This document shows positions 9,364 to 19,329 of a stretch of DNA of 64,000 bases, in pieces; the first letter of the stretch is position 1, and the number at the start of each line of letters is the position of its first letter. The position numbers and the translations under genes were made by a program. The notes beneath the pieces were generated by a model. The model searched no databases. It was not told the DNA's origin and saw only the letters and a list, made by a program, of their open reading frames with translations. The DNA is from an uncultured Acidobacteriota bacterium (GTDB lineage Bacteria; Acidobacteriota; Thermoanaerobaculia; UBA5066; Gp7-AA6). The stretch is from the NCBI GenBank assembly GCA_963773905.1, contig CAVZDB010000001.1, forward strand, positions 151,429-215,428. The letters are read 5' to 3'.

Positions 9364-10737
9364 GTGCCCGCCCCACGTCTCCTCGCCGCGGTCGCCGCCC
9401 TCGCGGCGGTCGCCGCCGTCTCCGTGCTGGCGCCCGGTCTCCGCCTCGTCGTGCTGGCGGCGGACTTCCTCCTGCTCCTCGCCTTTCTCAGGGACCTCCG
9501 CGCGGCGCGCGCGACGCGCCTCACGGCGTCGCGCCGTTGGCCGGCGCTGCTCGCGCAGGGCGCGCCCGCCGACATGCTCGTCGAGCTCAACGGCGCGGAA
9601 CGCCCCGTGACCGTGTGGCTGCGGGAGGGCCTGCATCCGGCTCTCGCCGCCGCTCCCCTTCGCCATCGCGTCGGAGTCCACCCCGGCCGCGCGAGTCTCT
9701 GGACCTACCGCATCGAGCCGCGGCGGCGTGGCGCACATCGGATCCTGCCGCTCACCGCGCGGATCGAGGGGCCGTGGAGACTGGCCTGGAGCCAGCGCGA
9801 CCTTCTGCCCAGCGAGGAGGCGCGGATCTATCCGCGGGTCCGGTGGGAGGGACGAGCGGCGAGGCTCCTCGCGCTCGCCCACCGCCGACAGCTCGGCCTC
9901 TCGCCCACGCTCCTTCGCGGACTCGGCTCCGAGCCGTACGGCGTGCGGCGCTACTCGGAGGGGGATCCCCCCAACCGGATCCACTGGAAGGCGACGGCGA
10001 GGCACGGCGTGATGATGTCGCGCGAGGAGACCTGGGAGAAGAGCGCACACCTGGTCGTCCTTCTCGACTGCGGCCGCGCGATGGCGTCCATGGACGGAGC
10101 GCGCAGCAAGCTCGACGCGGCGCTCGCCTCCGCACTGGCGCTGACGCGGTTCGCCTGCGCACGGGGAGACCGCGTCCTCATCGCGGCGTTCTCGGATCGC
10201 ATCGAGCGCGTCGTGCGGGTGCGGCCCGGTGCGCGCGGCGTCGCGCACGCCTACGCCGCGCTGTATGACCTGGAGGCGCGCCTGACCGAGTCCGCCTTCG
10301 ACGTCGCCTCCGAGGCCGCCCGGGACGCGGAGTTTCGCCGCGCGAAGGTCGTGCTCCTGACCTCGCTGGTGGACCTCGCCGGTGCGGATCTGCTGCGAGA
10401 GGCGCTGGTCCGGCTCCGGCGCGCGCATCGGCCGCTCCTCGTGCACCTGGAGGACCCGGACATCGCGCGGCTGGCGCTCGGGATGCCGGCGTCGATCCTG
10501 GAGGCCTATGCGAAAGCCTCCGCTCTCGAGATCCTCCTCGGGAATCGCCGGCTCGCGACTCTTCTGAAGCACGCGGGCATCGACACCGTCTCGACCTCCG
10601 CGGACCGGCTCACGCTCGACACCCTGGATCTCTATCTGCGCGCGCTGCGTGTGCAGGGCGTTCAGCCGCGCCGGTTCTCCCGGCACGGGGGCGTCGCGGT
10701 TGTGCGCGCGAAAGACCGGGGCGTCCGCAGCGCCTGA
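9364..10737 (+). CDS. DUF58 (vWA-like) protein, usual MoxR partner
   Basis: N-terminal TM pair, then YGVRRYSEGDPPNRIHWKATARHGVMMSRE and LVVLLDCGRAM motifs. Confidence 0.88.
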   Translation: MPAPRLLAAVAALAAVAAVSVLAPGLRLVVLAADFLLLLAFLRDLRAARATRLTASRRWPALLAQGAPADMLVELNGAERPVTVWLREGLHPALAAAPLRHRVGVHPGRASLWTYRIEPRRRGAHRILPLTARIEGPWRLAWSQRDLLPSEEARIYPRVRWEGRAARLLALAHRRQLGLSPTLLRGLGSEPYGVRRYSEGDPPNRIHWKATARHGVMMSREETWEKSAHLVVLLDCGRAMASMDGARSKLDAALASALALTRFACARGDRVLIAAFSDRIERVVRVRPGARGVAHAYAALYDLEARLTESAFDVASEAARDAEFRRAKVVLLTSLVDLAGADLLREALVRLRRAHRPLLVHLEDPDIARLALGMPASILEAYAKASALEILLGNRRLATLLKHAGIDTVSTSADRLTLDTLDLYLRALRVQGVQPRRFSRHGGVAVVRAKDRGVRSA

Positions 10738-10777
10738 GACCGGGAGGCCGGGCGCCGGGCGACGATCGCCGGCGGGG

Positions 10778-11014
10778 CTAGGGGACCGGACGCGTCGGCG
10801 GCAGCTCCATGCGATCCGCGAAGCGCGTGTTGCAGCCGCGGAGGCAGACCCACCAGCCGCTCGGGTCGGAGTCGCGGCGCTCGAGGGAAACCTGGCTGCC
10901 GCAGCGCAGACAGTAGACTCTCCTCACGACCTCCAGAGTCTGCGCGCGCCGCTCCACGATGCCCAAACCAAACTGCTCGAGCTCGGCGCCGCTGAAATCG
11001 CGGGGACCCACCAT
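10778..11014 (-). CDS. possible small zinc-ribbon protein
   Basis: ORF with CLRCGS...CLRGCN cysteine pairs and moderately GC3-biased codons. No clear SD; the start is uncertain (ATG 11014 or GTG 11038). Confidence 0.4.
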   Translation of the reverse strand: MVGPRDFSGAELEQFGLGIVERRAQTLEVVRRVYCLRCGSQVSLERRDSDPSGWWVCLRGCNTRFADRMELPPTRPVP

Positions 11015-11116
11015 CTGACTGCACTGTACCGATCGCACGGCGCTTCCGTAGTGATCCCGGACACATCCGTACGGATTCAGTCGAATTGAGCGATTCCGAC
11101 GGTCGCACAGCCGATG

Positions 11117-12076
11117 TCAGAGGGTCTCGAGCCCGTCGGCGAGAGTCCGGTATCGCAGCGTCGGGAGGAGGTCCTCGCGGGTCCGTCGCGTGTCGCCCCA
11201 GTGGGAGACGCGTCCGATGCGGATGAAGTCGCGCGTGAACGGCGCGGGCTTGCCGGTCGCGGCGGCCACCAGCTCACAGAGGCCGGCGACCGCGTAGACG
11301 GACCAGACCGGCACGCGAAACGGCCGGGGACACTTCCAGACGCGGCAGGCCTCGTCCAGGAAACGCTGCAGGGTGACCGGCTCCTCGTCCCCGACGTGGT
11401 AGATCCCTTCGGCTCCCGGCCTCACGCTCGCCGCCTCGGCGGCCCGGAGGAAATCCGGGACCGAGAGGAACTGGTAGAGGGTGGGCTCGCGCCAAACCGC
11501 GAGGAGTCTCTTCCGGGCGAGCCAGTGCGCCGCCTCCACCATGAGAACCCCTCGCCCGTAAACCGTCCCCAGGCGAAGCGCGATCGCGGCCGCCGTGGTC
11601 CCCCTCGTCCGCGCGAACAGAATCCGCTCCGCCTCCAGCCGCGTTCGCGCGTGCACCGACACCGGCTCTCGATCGAGTCGCCCCGTCGCGGGCGATTCGA
11701 GGCTCGTTGCTCCCTCGACGTGAGGGAACGACACGAGGATCACGCGCCGGACACGGGCGGAGAGCGCCGCGTCCAGGAGGTTCGCGAACCACCGCACGTT
11801 GGTCTCGGGCAGGAAGCGCTCGGGCCGTGGCCGAAAGAGCACGCCCGCGAAGTGGATCACGGCATCGACGTCCGCGACCGCCGCCGGCAGCGTCTGCGGT
11901 TTCGCGAGGTCCGCGGAGACCGTCTCGACGTCTGGCCGGCCTACGAGATCCGCCGGAAGCGGCTTTCGGTGATACATGAGGCGCAGTCGATAGCCCTCGT
12001 CGGCCATGTGCCGCGCGAGGAGACTGCCCAGATTCCCCGCCGCCCCGGTGATCAGAACGCGCGGAGAAGGCGCCAT
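11117..12076 (-). CDS. NAD-dependent epimerase/dehydratase family protein
   Basis: VLITGAAGNLGSLLA GxxGxxG motif at the N-terminus; 319 aa; SDR-extended layout. Confidence 0.85.
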   Translation of the reverse strand: MAPSPRVLITGAAGNLGSLLARHMADEGYRLRLMYHRKPLPADLVGRPDVETVSADLAKPQTLPAAVADVDAVIHFAGVLFRPRPERFLPETNVRWFANLLDAALSARVRRVILVSFPHVEGATSLESPATGRLDREPVSVHARTRLEAERILFARTRGTTAAAIALRLGTVYGRGVLMVEAAHWLARKRLLAVWREPTLYQFLSVPDFLRAAEAASVRPGAEGIYHVGDEEPVTLQRFLDEACRVWKCPRPFRVPVWSVYAVAGLCELVAAATGKPAPFTRDFIRIGRVSHWGDTRRTREDLLPTLRYRTLADGLETL

Positions 12077-12097
12077 GCACCCTCCGGGAAGACGCTC

Positions 12098-13054
12098 CTA
12101 GTAGCGTCCGCCGACCGGTGCGGGGATGGCGTCGAGCTCCGCGAGCTCCGCCGGGGTCAGCGCGATCGCGGCGGCCGCCACGTTTTCCTCCAGGTACTTG
12201 CGCCGCTGGGTGCCGGGGATGGCGAGAACGTGCTCGCCGCGCGACAGGACCCATGCGAGCGCGATCTGGGCGGGCGTGACGCCGCGGCGCGACGCCACGG
12301 CGCGGACCGCGTCGACGATGCGCTGGTTCGCGGCGACGCTCTCGGGGGAAAATCGCGGCAGCCGCGAGCGGAAGTCGCTCGCCTCGAAGCGCGCGTCGGT
12401 CGCGATCTTCCCCGTCAGGAACCCGCGCCCGAGCGGTGCGAACGCCACGAATGAGACCCCGTGCGCCGCGCACCACGGCACGACGTCGCCGAGGTAGTCG
12501 CGGGTCCAGAGCGACAGCTCGGACTGGACCGCCGCGACGGGATGGATGCGAGAGACGCGCTCGAGCTCGTCGACGCTCGCCTCGGAGATCCCGAGGAGGC
12601 GCACCTTGCCCGCCTTCACGAGCTCCGCCATCGCGCCCCACGTCTCCTCGACCGGGACCCTCGGGTCGACGCGGTGGAGGTAGTAGAGATCGATGGCGTC
12701 GATTCCCAGCCGCTCGAGCGAGCCCTCGCACGCCTCGCGCACGTGGGCGGGACTGCCGTCGCGCCCGAACCGGAACGTAGCCTTGTCTTCGAGGACGAGT
12801 CCGCACTTGGTCGCCAGGAAGACGTCCTCCCTTCGCTCCGCGATCGCCCGCCCGACCAGGCGCTCGTTGGCGAACGGGCCGTACGCGTCGGCGGTGTCGA
12901 AGTGGTCGACGCCGAGGTCGATCGCCGCGCGGATCAGTTCGACGCCCGCCGCCTCGTCGACCGACGCGTCGCGGTACGCCCACGAGAGGCCCATGCAGCC
13001 CAGGCCCACCGGGAAGACCCGGCGATCCGTTCGGCCGAGCCGCCGCGCGCTCAT
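12098..13054 (-). CDS. aldo/keto reductase
   Basis: MSARRLGRTDRRVFPVGLGCMGLSWAY...HFDTADAYGPF...IDLYYLHRVDP...GISEAS, typical AKR signatures. Start placed at internal ATG 13054. Confidence 0.9.
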   Translation of the reverse strand: MSARRLGRTDRRVFPVGLGCMGLSWAYRDASVDEAAGVELIRAAIDLGVDHFDTADAYGPFANERLVGRAIAERREDVFLATKCGLVLEDKATFRFGRDGSPAHVREACEGSLERLGIDAIDLYYLHRVDPRVPVEETWGAMAELVKAGKVRLLGISEASVDELERVSRIHPVAAVQSELSLWTRDYLGDVVPWCAAHGVSFVAFAPLGRGFLTGKIATDARFEASDFRSRLPRFSPESVAANQRIVDAVRAVASRRGVTPAQIALAWVLSRGEHVLAIPGTQRRKYLEENVAAAAIALTPAELAELDAIPAPVGGRY

Positions 13055-13148
13055 GCGCGTCACGATATCAGGCGCCGCCAGCCGCATCGGATTCGATAGG
13101 ATCGCGTTGAGCCGACTCGGCCAACTCGGCCGACGAGAGGGGGAACCG

Positions 13149-14826
13149 ATGATGAAGACGCTCGTTGGCATCGCCCTTGCCGCCGTTTTCGCCCCGGCCT
13201 CCGCCTACACCCTCGCTCAGGAGGCGACCGCCCACGTCCATGCTTCCGGCGGCGAGCAGCTCGGCACCGTACACTTCGCGACGTCCTGTGCGGCGGCGGT
13301 CGCGCAGGACTTCACGCGCGCGGTCGCGCTGCTCCACTCCTTCGGCTACGAGGAGTCGCGCCTCGCGTTCCAGGAGGTCGCGGCGAAGGATCCCGCGTGC
13401 GGCATGGCGCAGTGGGGCATCGCGATGACCTACTACCACCCGATCTGGGCTCCGCCGAGCCCCGCCGAGCTCGCCGCGGGCAAGGCCGCGGCCGGGAGGG
13501 CGCTCGACCTCGGGGCGAAGACGGACCGGGAGAAGGGCTACATCGACGCGGTCGCCGCGTTCTACAGCCACGAGCAGCGGCTCGACCACCGCGCGCGCGC
13601 CGCGGCGTATCGCGACGCGATGGAGAGACTGTCGCAGCGCTTCCCCGACGACCACGAGGCCGCGATCTTCTACGCGGTCGCGATCCAGGGCGCCAAGCCG
13701 CCGAACGACCCGACCCATGCCGACGACAAGAAGTCTGCGGCGATCCTGAACGGCCTGCTGGTCTCCGAGCCCAACCACCCCGGCGTGGCCCACTACATGA
13801 TCCACGCCTTCGACTATCCCGAGCTCGCGGCCGAGGCCCTCCCGGCAGCGCGCGCCTACGCGAAAATCGCGCCGGATTCGCCGCACGCCCTCCACATGCC
13901 GTCGCACATCTTCACGAGGCTCGGCCTCTGGCAGGAGTCGATCGCCTCCAACATCGAGTCCGCGAAGGCGGGACGGGAGCTGATGGAGAAGCGCCACCCG
14001 GGCGCGGAGAGCTTCGACTCCATTCACGCCTACGACTACCTCGAATACGCGTACCTGCAGATCGGCGACGCCGACCATGCGGGCGAGATCGTGAAGACCG
14101 CGGCGGCGATTCGGAGCGTCGACGAGCACAACTTCGCCGTGGCGTACGCGCTCGATGCGATCCCCGCGCGCTGGGCCCTCGAGCGGCGAGACTGGAAGGC
14201 GGCCGCGGCGCTCGCGCCGTCCGCCGTGGAGCCCTCCTTCCCCTATGCGCCAGCGCTCACCTTCTTCGCGCAGGCGGTCGGCGGGGCGCGCGGCGGCTCA
14301 CTCTCCCAGGCGCGCGCGGCTCTCGCGGAGCTCGAGCGGCTTCACGCCGCCGCGGTCAAGGCTCCGATCCCCGGTCCCTACGACTGGGCCGGACAGATCG
14401 AGTCCATGCGTCTCGGCGCGGCGGCCTGGGTCGCCTGGGCGGAGGGGCGCAAGGACGATGCCCTCCGCGACGCGCGCGCCGCCGCCGATCTCGAGGAGAA
14501 GAGTCGGCAAGCATCCCGTCACCCCGGGGGCGCTCCTGCCGGCCCGCGAGCTGCTCGGCGACATGCTGCTCGAGGCGGGGCGTCCGGCCGAGGCGTCGGT
14601 CGAATACGAGGCCTCGCTGCGGAAGACGCCCAACCGTTTCGACGGCCTCTACGGCGCCGCCCGCGCCGCCGAGCTCTCGAAGAACCCGTCGCGCGCCCGC
14701 GCGCTCTACGCGCAGCTCACCGCGCAGTGCGTCGACGGGTCCGCCCGGCCGGAGCTGGCCGAGGCGAGGCGCTACCTGGGGGACGGCGCGGCAGCCGGGG
14801 GCGGCGGCGCCGGCGCGTCGCGCTGA
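13149..14826 (+). CDS. secreted TPR-like protein, frame broken near 14497-14510
   Basis: Signal peptide MMKTLVGIALAAVFAPASA. The coherent protein runs to ...AAADLEEK in frame 0, then continues as GKHPVTPGALLPARELLGDMLLEAGRPAEASVEYEASLRKTPNRFDGLYGAA... in frame +1 to TGA 14826. Confidence 0.75.
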
Positions 14827-16160
14827 ATCGTCAGAGCGTGCAGAGCCTCCTCGATCGGGATGAATCCGTTCAGGCCGATGCCGATCCCGTCGGGGAGGAG
14901 CGTATAGGCGTTGACGGACAGCCCCACGACGACGCCCGCGCGGTCGAGCAACGGGCCGCCGCTGTTGCCCTTCTGGATGTTGACGTCGCTGCGAAGGATC
15001 CTCTGGCCGTCCTCCTCGCCGTACCCGCTGACGATGCCCTTCGTGACGGTCTGTCCGAAGGTCTCCTCGAGCGGCGTTCCGATCGCGAAGACGTCGGCGC
15101 CGGGCTGCACACGGCTCGACTCGCCGAGCGGCAGGGAGGGATAGATGTCGCCCTCGAGCTTGACCAGCGCGACGTCGCGCTTGCGGTCCGCGCGCACGAC
15201 CTCGCCGTTGGCCTCGCGCCCGGTCACGAACCGGACGCGGACGTAGCGCGAGGTGCCCACGACGTGCTCGTCCGTCAGGAGGTAACCGTCGCGCGAGATC
15301 AGGAAGCCGGAGCCCATGGAATCGCCCGCGAACACCGTGACGACCGCCATCCGCGAGTCGGCCACGAGCGTCTCGGCGCTCTTCGACGGCTTCTTCGGCG
15401 CCGTCTCGTACGCGATCGCGATCGGCGGCCGCGGCTGGGGGTTGCGGTCCGCACCGTTGCCCGTCATGAGCTCGTGGAAATGCGGATCGGCCAGAAGGTT
15501 GCGCGAGGCGGCCACCACCGCGCGGGAGATCGCGTCGGCGCCGGGCTCGGGCTGGGGGCGGAGGAGAAGGCTCGAGCCCTGCGTCGTGAGCTTGAACGCG
15601 ACGTCGCGCGCCCGGTACGAGTAGATCTGCCAGTCGATGACGAGGGACGCCTCCGCCGTCGCGAGATTGCCCTTGGGGTTGGCGTAACAGACGTTGGCGC
15701 GCACGTCCCGGATCACGCCGGCGACGACGTAGTCCGCCTTCTTCTCGTGGACGTCCTCGAAGAGCACGTCCCCCTTTCCGACGACGCCGTAGCCCGCCGA
15801 GGCAACCTCCTCGAGGAGGAGCGCTCCGAAGTCCTGGGTCACCGTGCTGTCGCGCCCGATCTTCCAGGTCAGCGGCTCGCGCCCGCTGCACTCCCTGCCG
15901 ACCTGCAGCGCGCCGATGACGTGGTCGTCCGGCAGCTTGACCAGGAACTTGCGGAACTCGACCGCGCTCGCGTACTGGTCGCCGGCGGGAATCGGCCGGC
16001 GCTCTTCGACCGAATGGACCTCGGGGCTCGGGTAGACGGTCGGCGCCGACGCGCAGCGGAGCGAGGCGGCCGCGACGAAGAGGGTCGCGAGGATCCACGA
16101 CTTCGGCCTGCGCAGCCAGCCGAGGCTTTCGAACGACCGGAGGAACCTGGGACCGAACAC
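14772..16160 (-). CDS. trypsin-like (S1/DegP-type) serine protease, probable lipoprotein, no PDZ
   Basis: Catalytic triad contexts TDEHVV, DVALVKL and GNSGGPLL. N-terminal hydrophobic segment with Cys. Its 3' end overlaps the convergent gene by 55 nt. Confidence 0.85.
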   Translation of the reverse strand: MFGPRFLRSFESLGWLRRPKSWILATLFVAAASLRCASAPTVYPSPEVHSVEERRPIPAGDQYASAVEFRKFLVKLPDDHVIGALQVGRECSGREPLTWKIGRDSTVTQDFGALLLEEVASAGYGVVGKGDVLFEDVHEKKADYVVAGVIRDVRANVCYANPKGNLATAEASLVIDWQIYSYRARDVAFKLTTQGSSLLLRPQPEPGADAISRAVVAASRNLLADPHFHELMTGNGADRNPQPRPPIAIAYETAPKKPSKSAETLVADSRMAVVTVFAGDSMGSGFLISRDGYLLTDEHVVGTSRYVRVRFVTGREANGEVVRADRKRDVALVKLEGDIYPSLPLGESSRVQPGADVFAIGTPLEETFGQTVTKGIVSGYGEEDGQRILRSDVNIQKGNSGGPLLDRAGVVVGLSVNAYTLLPDGIGIGLNGFIPIEEALHALTIQRDAPAPPPPAAAPSPR

Positions 16161-16310
16161 TTGGGTGGCTTTAGTCTCCAGCTTTTCGGGAGCAAATCAA
16201 GCGCCAGTATCGCTCCGACGCCAAATGGTTTCTTTTCTTCGGATTGCCTCGCGCGCCGAAACGACACGGTGCCGAATTCCGTCGCTCGCGCGAAGACGCG
16301 GTGACTCTCG

Positions 16311-17219
16311 ATGACAGGTGAGCGGCGGAGGGTGTCGCGTGCCAGGGTGCGTCGGAGACCTCCGCTCTGGTTCGCGGCCGCGTGTCTCGCGCTTTCCTCC
16401 TGCGCCGGAACGGGGCCGGCGCCCTCCGCCCCGCCGCCGCCGCCCGAGACCCCGCACCACCAGGTCGTCCGGATCGCGGGCGAGATCCGCAGGGCCGCCT
16501 ACGCGGACGAGCGCGACCGGCTGAAGGCGCTCGTCGAGGAGATGGCGCCCTTCACGGACGCCGGCGTCGGCGGGCCGCTCGCCTCGCGGGCACACTACTG
16601 GCGCGGTTTCGGGCTCTGGCGGGCGGCGTGGAACGGGATGAACGCCGCCGAAGGCGAGGGCCCGTCGTGGTCCGAGATCGAGGAGGGACTCCGCTCCGCA
16701 GTCGACGAGCTCCGGCAGTCCTCGGACGCGGATCCCGCCTTCGTCGAGGCGAGGATCGCGCAGATCGCCTGCCTCGAGGACCTCGCGCCGACCCTGCCGG
16801 CCTCCGAGCGCCCGAAGGAGTACCGGCGACTCTGGGACCTCCTGGTCGAGACGCAGAAACAGGCGCCGCAGAATCCGCGTCTCGCGTGGGTCTTCGGGAC
16901 GGCGAAGTGGGACACCCCGGTCAAGCAGGGCGGCGGCCAGGACAAGGCCGTTGCGCTCTTCCGCGACGGGCTCGACTGGGCGCGCAAGCAGACGATCTCG
17001 GACGCGACCGACCCGGCCTGGGGCGAGGCCGAGCTGCTCCTCGGCCTGAGCCTCGCGCGGTTTCGCGGGAAGCCGCAGAACCTGGACGCCGCCGGCCACT
17101 ACGCCGCCGCCGTCCTGAACGTCGAGCCGGACTGGCGCTACGTGAAGGACGTCCTGATCCCGCAGATCGAGGCGGCGAAGGAAAAGGCCAGCGCGCCGCC
17201 GGCGAAGCCCAAGCCCTGA
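16311..17219 (+). CDS. lipoprotein, helical repeat-like, unknown function
   Basis: Lipobox-like LALSSCAG after a basic N-terminus; 302 aa; GC3-rich. Confidence 0.7.
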   Translation: MTGERRRVSRARVRRRPPLWFAAACLALSSCAGTGPAPSAPPPPPETPHHQVVRIAGEIRRAAYADERDRLKALVEEMAPFTDAGVGGPLASRAHYWRGFGLWRAAWNGMNAAEGEGPSWSEIEEGLRSAVDELRQSSDADPAFVEARIAQIACLEDLAPTLPASERPKEYRRLWDLLVETQKQAPQNPRLAWVFGTAKWDTPVKQGGGQDKAVALFRDGLDWARKQTISDATDPAWGEAELLLGLSLARFRGKPQNLDAAGHYAAAVLNVEPDWRYVKDVLIPQIEAAKEKASAPPAKPKP

Positions 17220-17321
17220 TCGGCGGGCGCTGCGGAAGCGCGAAGCGCTGAGAGACTCCGCTTGGAGCTTCGGGGTCGCCCGGTGCATGTAAGATCCCCC
17301 AACTTCTCAGGAGGATTTCCC

Positions 17322-19286
17322 ATGAACCGGACCCGACTGTCCGTAGCCGCAGCAGCAGCCGCCGCCGTCCTCCTCGCGCTGGGGGCAGCCGCCGTCTCCG
17401 CCGGCGCCCCGGGTCCGAACCCCTCGCCCACGCCGAAGGCCTCCCCAGGCGGCCTGCCGAGCGAGATGCCGGCGCAGTTCAAGCCGGTCTCCGACTCCTT
17501 CGACCACGAGCGCCGCGTCGTGATGATTCCGATGCGCGACGGCGTCCGGCTCCACACGGTCATCCTGATCCCCAAAGGCGCGAAGGGCGCGCCGATCCTC
17601 CTGACCCGCACGCCCTACGACGCCGACGCGCTGACGAGCCACACGCCGAGCACGCACCTCGCTTCCGTGCTGGACGGGTATGACAACGCGGTCGAGACCA
17701 TCATCGAGGGCGGCTACATCCGGGCCGTTCAGGACGTGCGCGGCAAGCACGGCTCCGAGGGCGACTACGTCATGAACCGTCCGCTCCACGGACCGCTCAA
17801 CCCGACCGCGGTCGACCACGCCACGGACACCTACGACACGATCGACTGGCTCGTGAAGAACGTGCCCGAATCGAACGGCAAGGTCGGCATCCTCGGCATC
17901 TCCTACGACGGCTTCCTCCCGCTGATGGCGCTCGTCAATCCCCATCCCGCCCTGAAGTGCTCCGTCCCGATGAACCCGATGGTGGACGGCTGGATGGGCG
18001 ACGACTGGTTCCACAACGGCGCCTTCCGGCAGATCGGCGCGTCCTACATCTACGAGCAGGAGGCGACCCGCAAGAACGACCTGAAGTGGTGGAACACGCA
18101 CTACGACGACTACGACACCTACCTCGCGGCGGGCTCGGCCGGCGACATCGGCAAGCAGCACGGGATGGAGCAGCTCGGCTTCTGGCGAAAGATGTACGAG
18201 CATCCCGCCTACGACTCGTGGTGGCAGGCGCAGGCGATGGACAAGATCCTCGCGAAGGAGCCGCTGAAGGTGCCGGTCATGCTGGTGGACAGCCTCTGGG
18301 ACCAGGAGGACATCTACGGCGCGCCCGCCGTCTACCGGGCGATCGAGCCCAAGGACGGCGGCAACGACAGGGTCTTCCTCGTCCTGGGCCCGTGGCATCA
18401 CGGGCAGGAGATCCACGACGGCTCGACGCTCGGCGCGCTCCACTTCGGAAGCGACACCGGGCTCACCTTCCGCCGCGAGATCCTGGCGCCGTTTCTCGCG
18501 CACTTTCTCAAGGACGACACGAGCGTTCCGCTCTCCCCCGTCTACGCGTTCGAGACCGGCACGAATACCTGGCGGCGCCTGAACGCCTGGCCGTCGGGAT
18601 GCGCGAGCGGGAACGCCGCGGGCTGTCCGATCAAGGCCACCCCGCTCTACCTCGGAGCGGACGGGAAGACCAGCTTCGCGGCTCAGAGCGGCGACGCGTA
18701 CACCGAATACGTGTCGGACCCCGCGAAGCCCGTGCCCTTCAACGGCCGGCCGTCGCTCACGAAGAACTGGGTGCCCTGGCTGGTCTCGGACCAGCGCGAC
18801 GTCTCCGGCCGCACAGACGTCGCCGTCTTCACCTCCGACGTCCTGACCGCGCCGGTCAAGATCGCGGGCCAGCCCGTCGTGAACCTGACGGCCTCCACCT
18901 CGGGCACCGACAGCGACTGGGTCGTCAAGGTCATCGACGTCTATCCCGACGAGGTCGCGGGCCAGCCCGAGATGGGCGGCTACCAGCTGATGGTCTCGGC
19001 GGACATCTTCCGCGGGCGCTACCGCGAGAGCCTCGAGACCGCGAAGCCGATCGAGGCGGGCAAGCCGCTCCTCTACAAGTGGACTCTGCCGACCGCGAAC
19101 CACGTCTTCCTGCCGGGCCACCGGATCATGGTGCAGGTGCAGTCGAGCTGGTTCCCGCTCTACGACCGCAACCCGCAGACGTTCGTCGAGAACATCTTCT
19201 GGGCCAAGCCGGGCGACTACAAGAAGGCGACCCAGCGCGTCTACGGCACGAGCTTCGTCGAGCTCCCGGTGGTATCGGCGCCGTAG
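17322..19286 (+). CDS. CocE/NonD-family hydrolase (S15 X-Pro dipeptidyl-peptidase-like)
   Basis: GGAGGA SD before ATG 17322 and a signal peptide. LLTRTPYD, nucleophile elbow GISYDG, and a C-terminal beta-sandwich (FRGRYRES...GHRIMVQVQSSWFP). Confidence 0.9.
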   Translation: MNRTRLSVAAAAAAAVLLALGAAAVSAGAPGPNPSPTPKASPGGLPSEMPAQFKPVSDSFDHERRVVMIPMRDGVRLHTVILIPKGAKGAPILLTRTPYDADALTSHTPSTHLASVLDGYDNAVETIIEGGYIRAVQDVRGKHGSEGDYVMNRPLHGPLNPTAVDHATDTYDTIDWLVKNVPESNGKVGILGISYDGFLPLMALVNPHPALKCSVPMNPMVDGWMGDDWFHNGAFRQIGASYIYEQEATRKNDLKWWNTHYDDYDTYLAAGSAGDIGKQHGMEQLGFWRKMYEHPAYDSWWQAQAMDKILAKEPLKVPVMLVDSLWDQEDIYGAPAVYRAIEPKDGGNDRVFLVLGPWHHGQEIHDGSTLGALHFGSDTGLTFRREILAPFLAHFLKDDTSVPLSPVYAFETGTNTWRRLNAWPSGCASGNAAGCPIKATPLYLGADGKTSFAAQSGDAYTEYVSDPAKPVPFNGRPSLTKNWVPWLVSDQRDVSGRTDVAVFTSDVLTAPVKIAGQPVVNLTASTSGTDSDWVVKVIDVYPDEVAGQPEMGGYQLMVSADIFRGRYRESLETAKPIEAGKPLLYKWTLPTANHVFLPGHRIMVQVQSSWFPLYDRNPQTFVENIFWAKPGDYKKATQRVYGTSFVELPVVSAP

Positions 19287-19329
19287 GTCCACTTCAGCGC
19301 GGCGGCGGCGGTCGCATAGAATCCCGCGC

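Noticed and set aside
14490-14515. Programmed ribosomal frameshifting as an explanation for this and the other frame breaks.
   Set aside because: None of the sites shows a slippery heptamer or a consistent downstream structure. The breaks occur in unrelated genes with a one-directional (+1 base) bias, which fits an indel artefact better.
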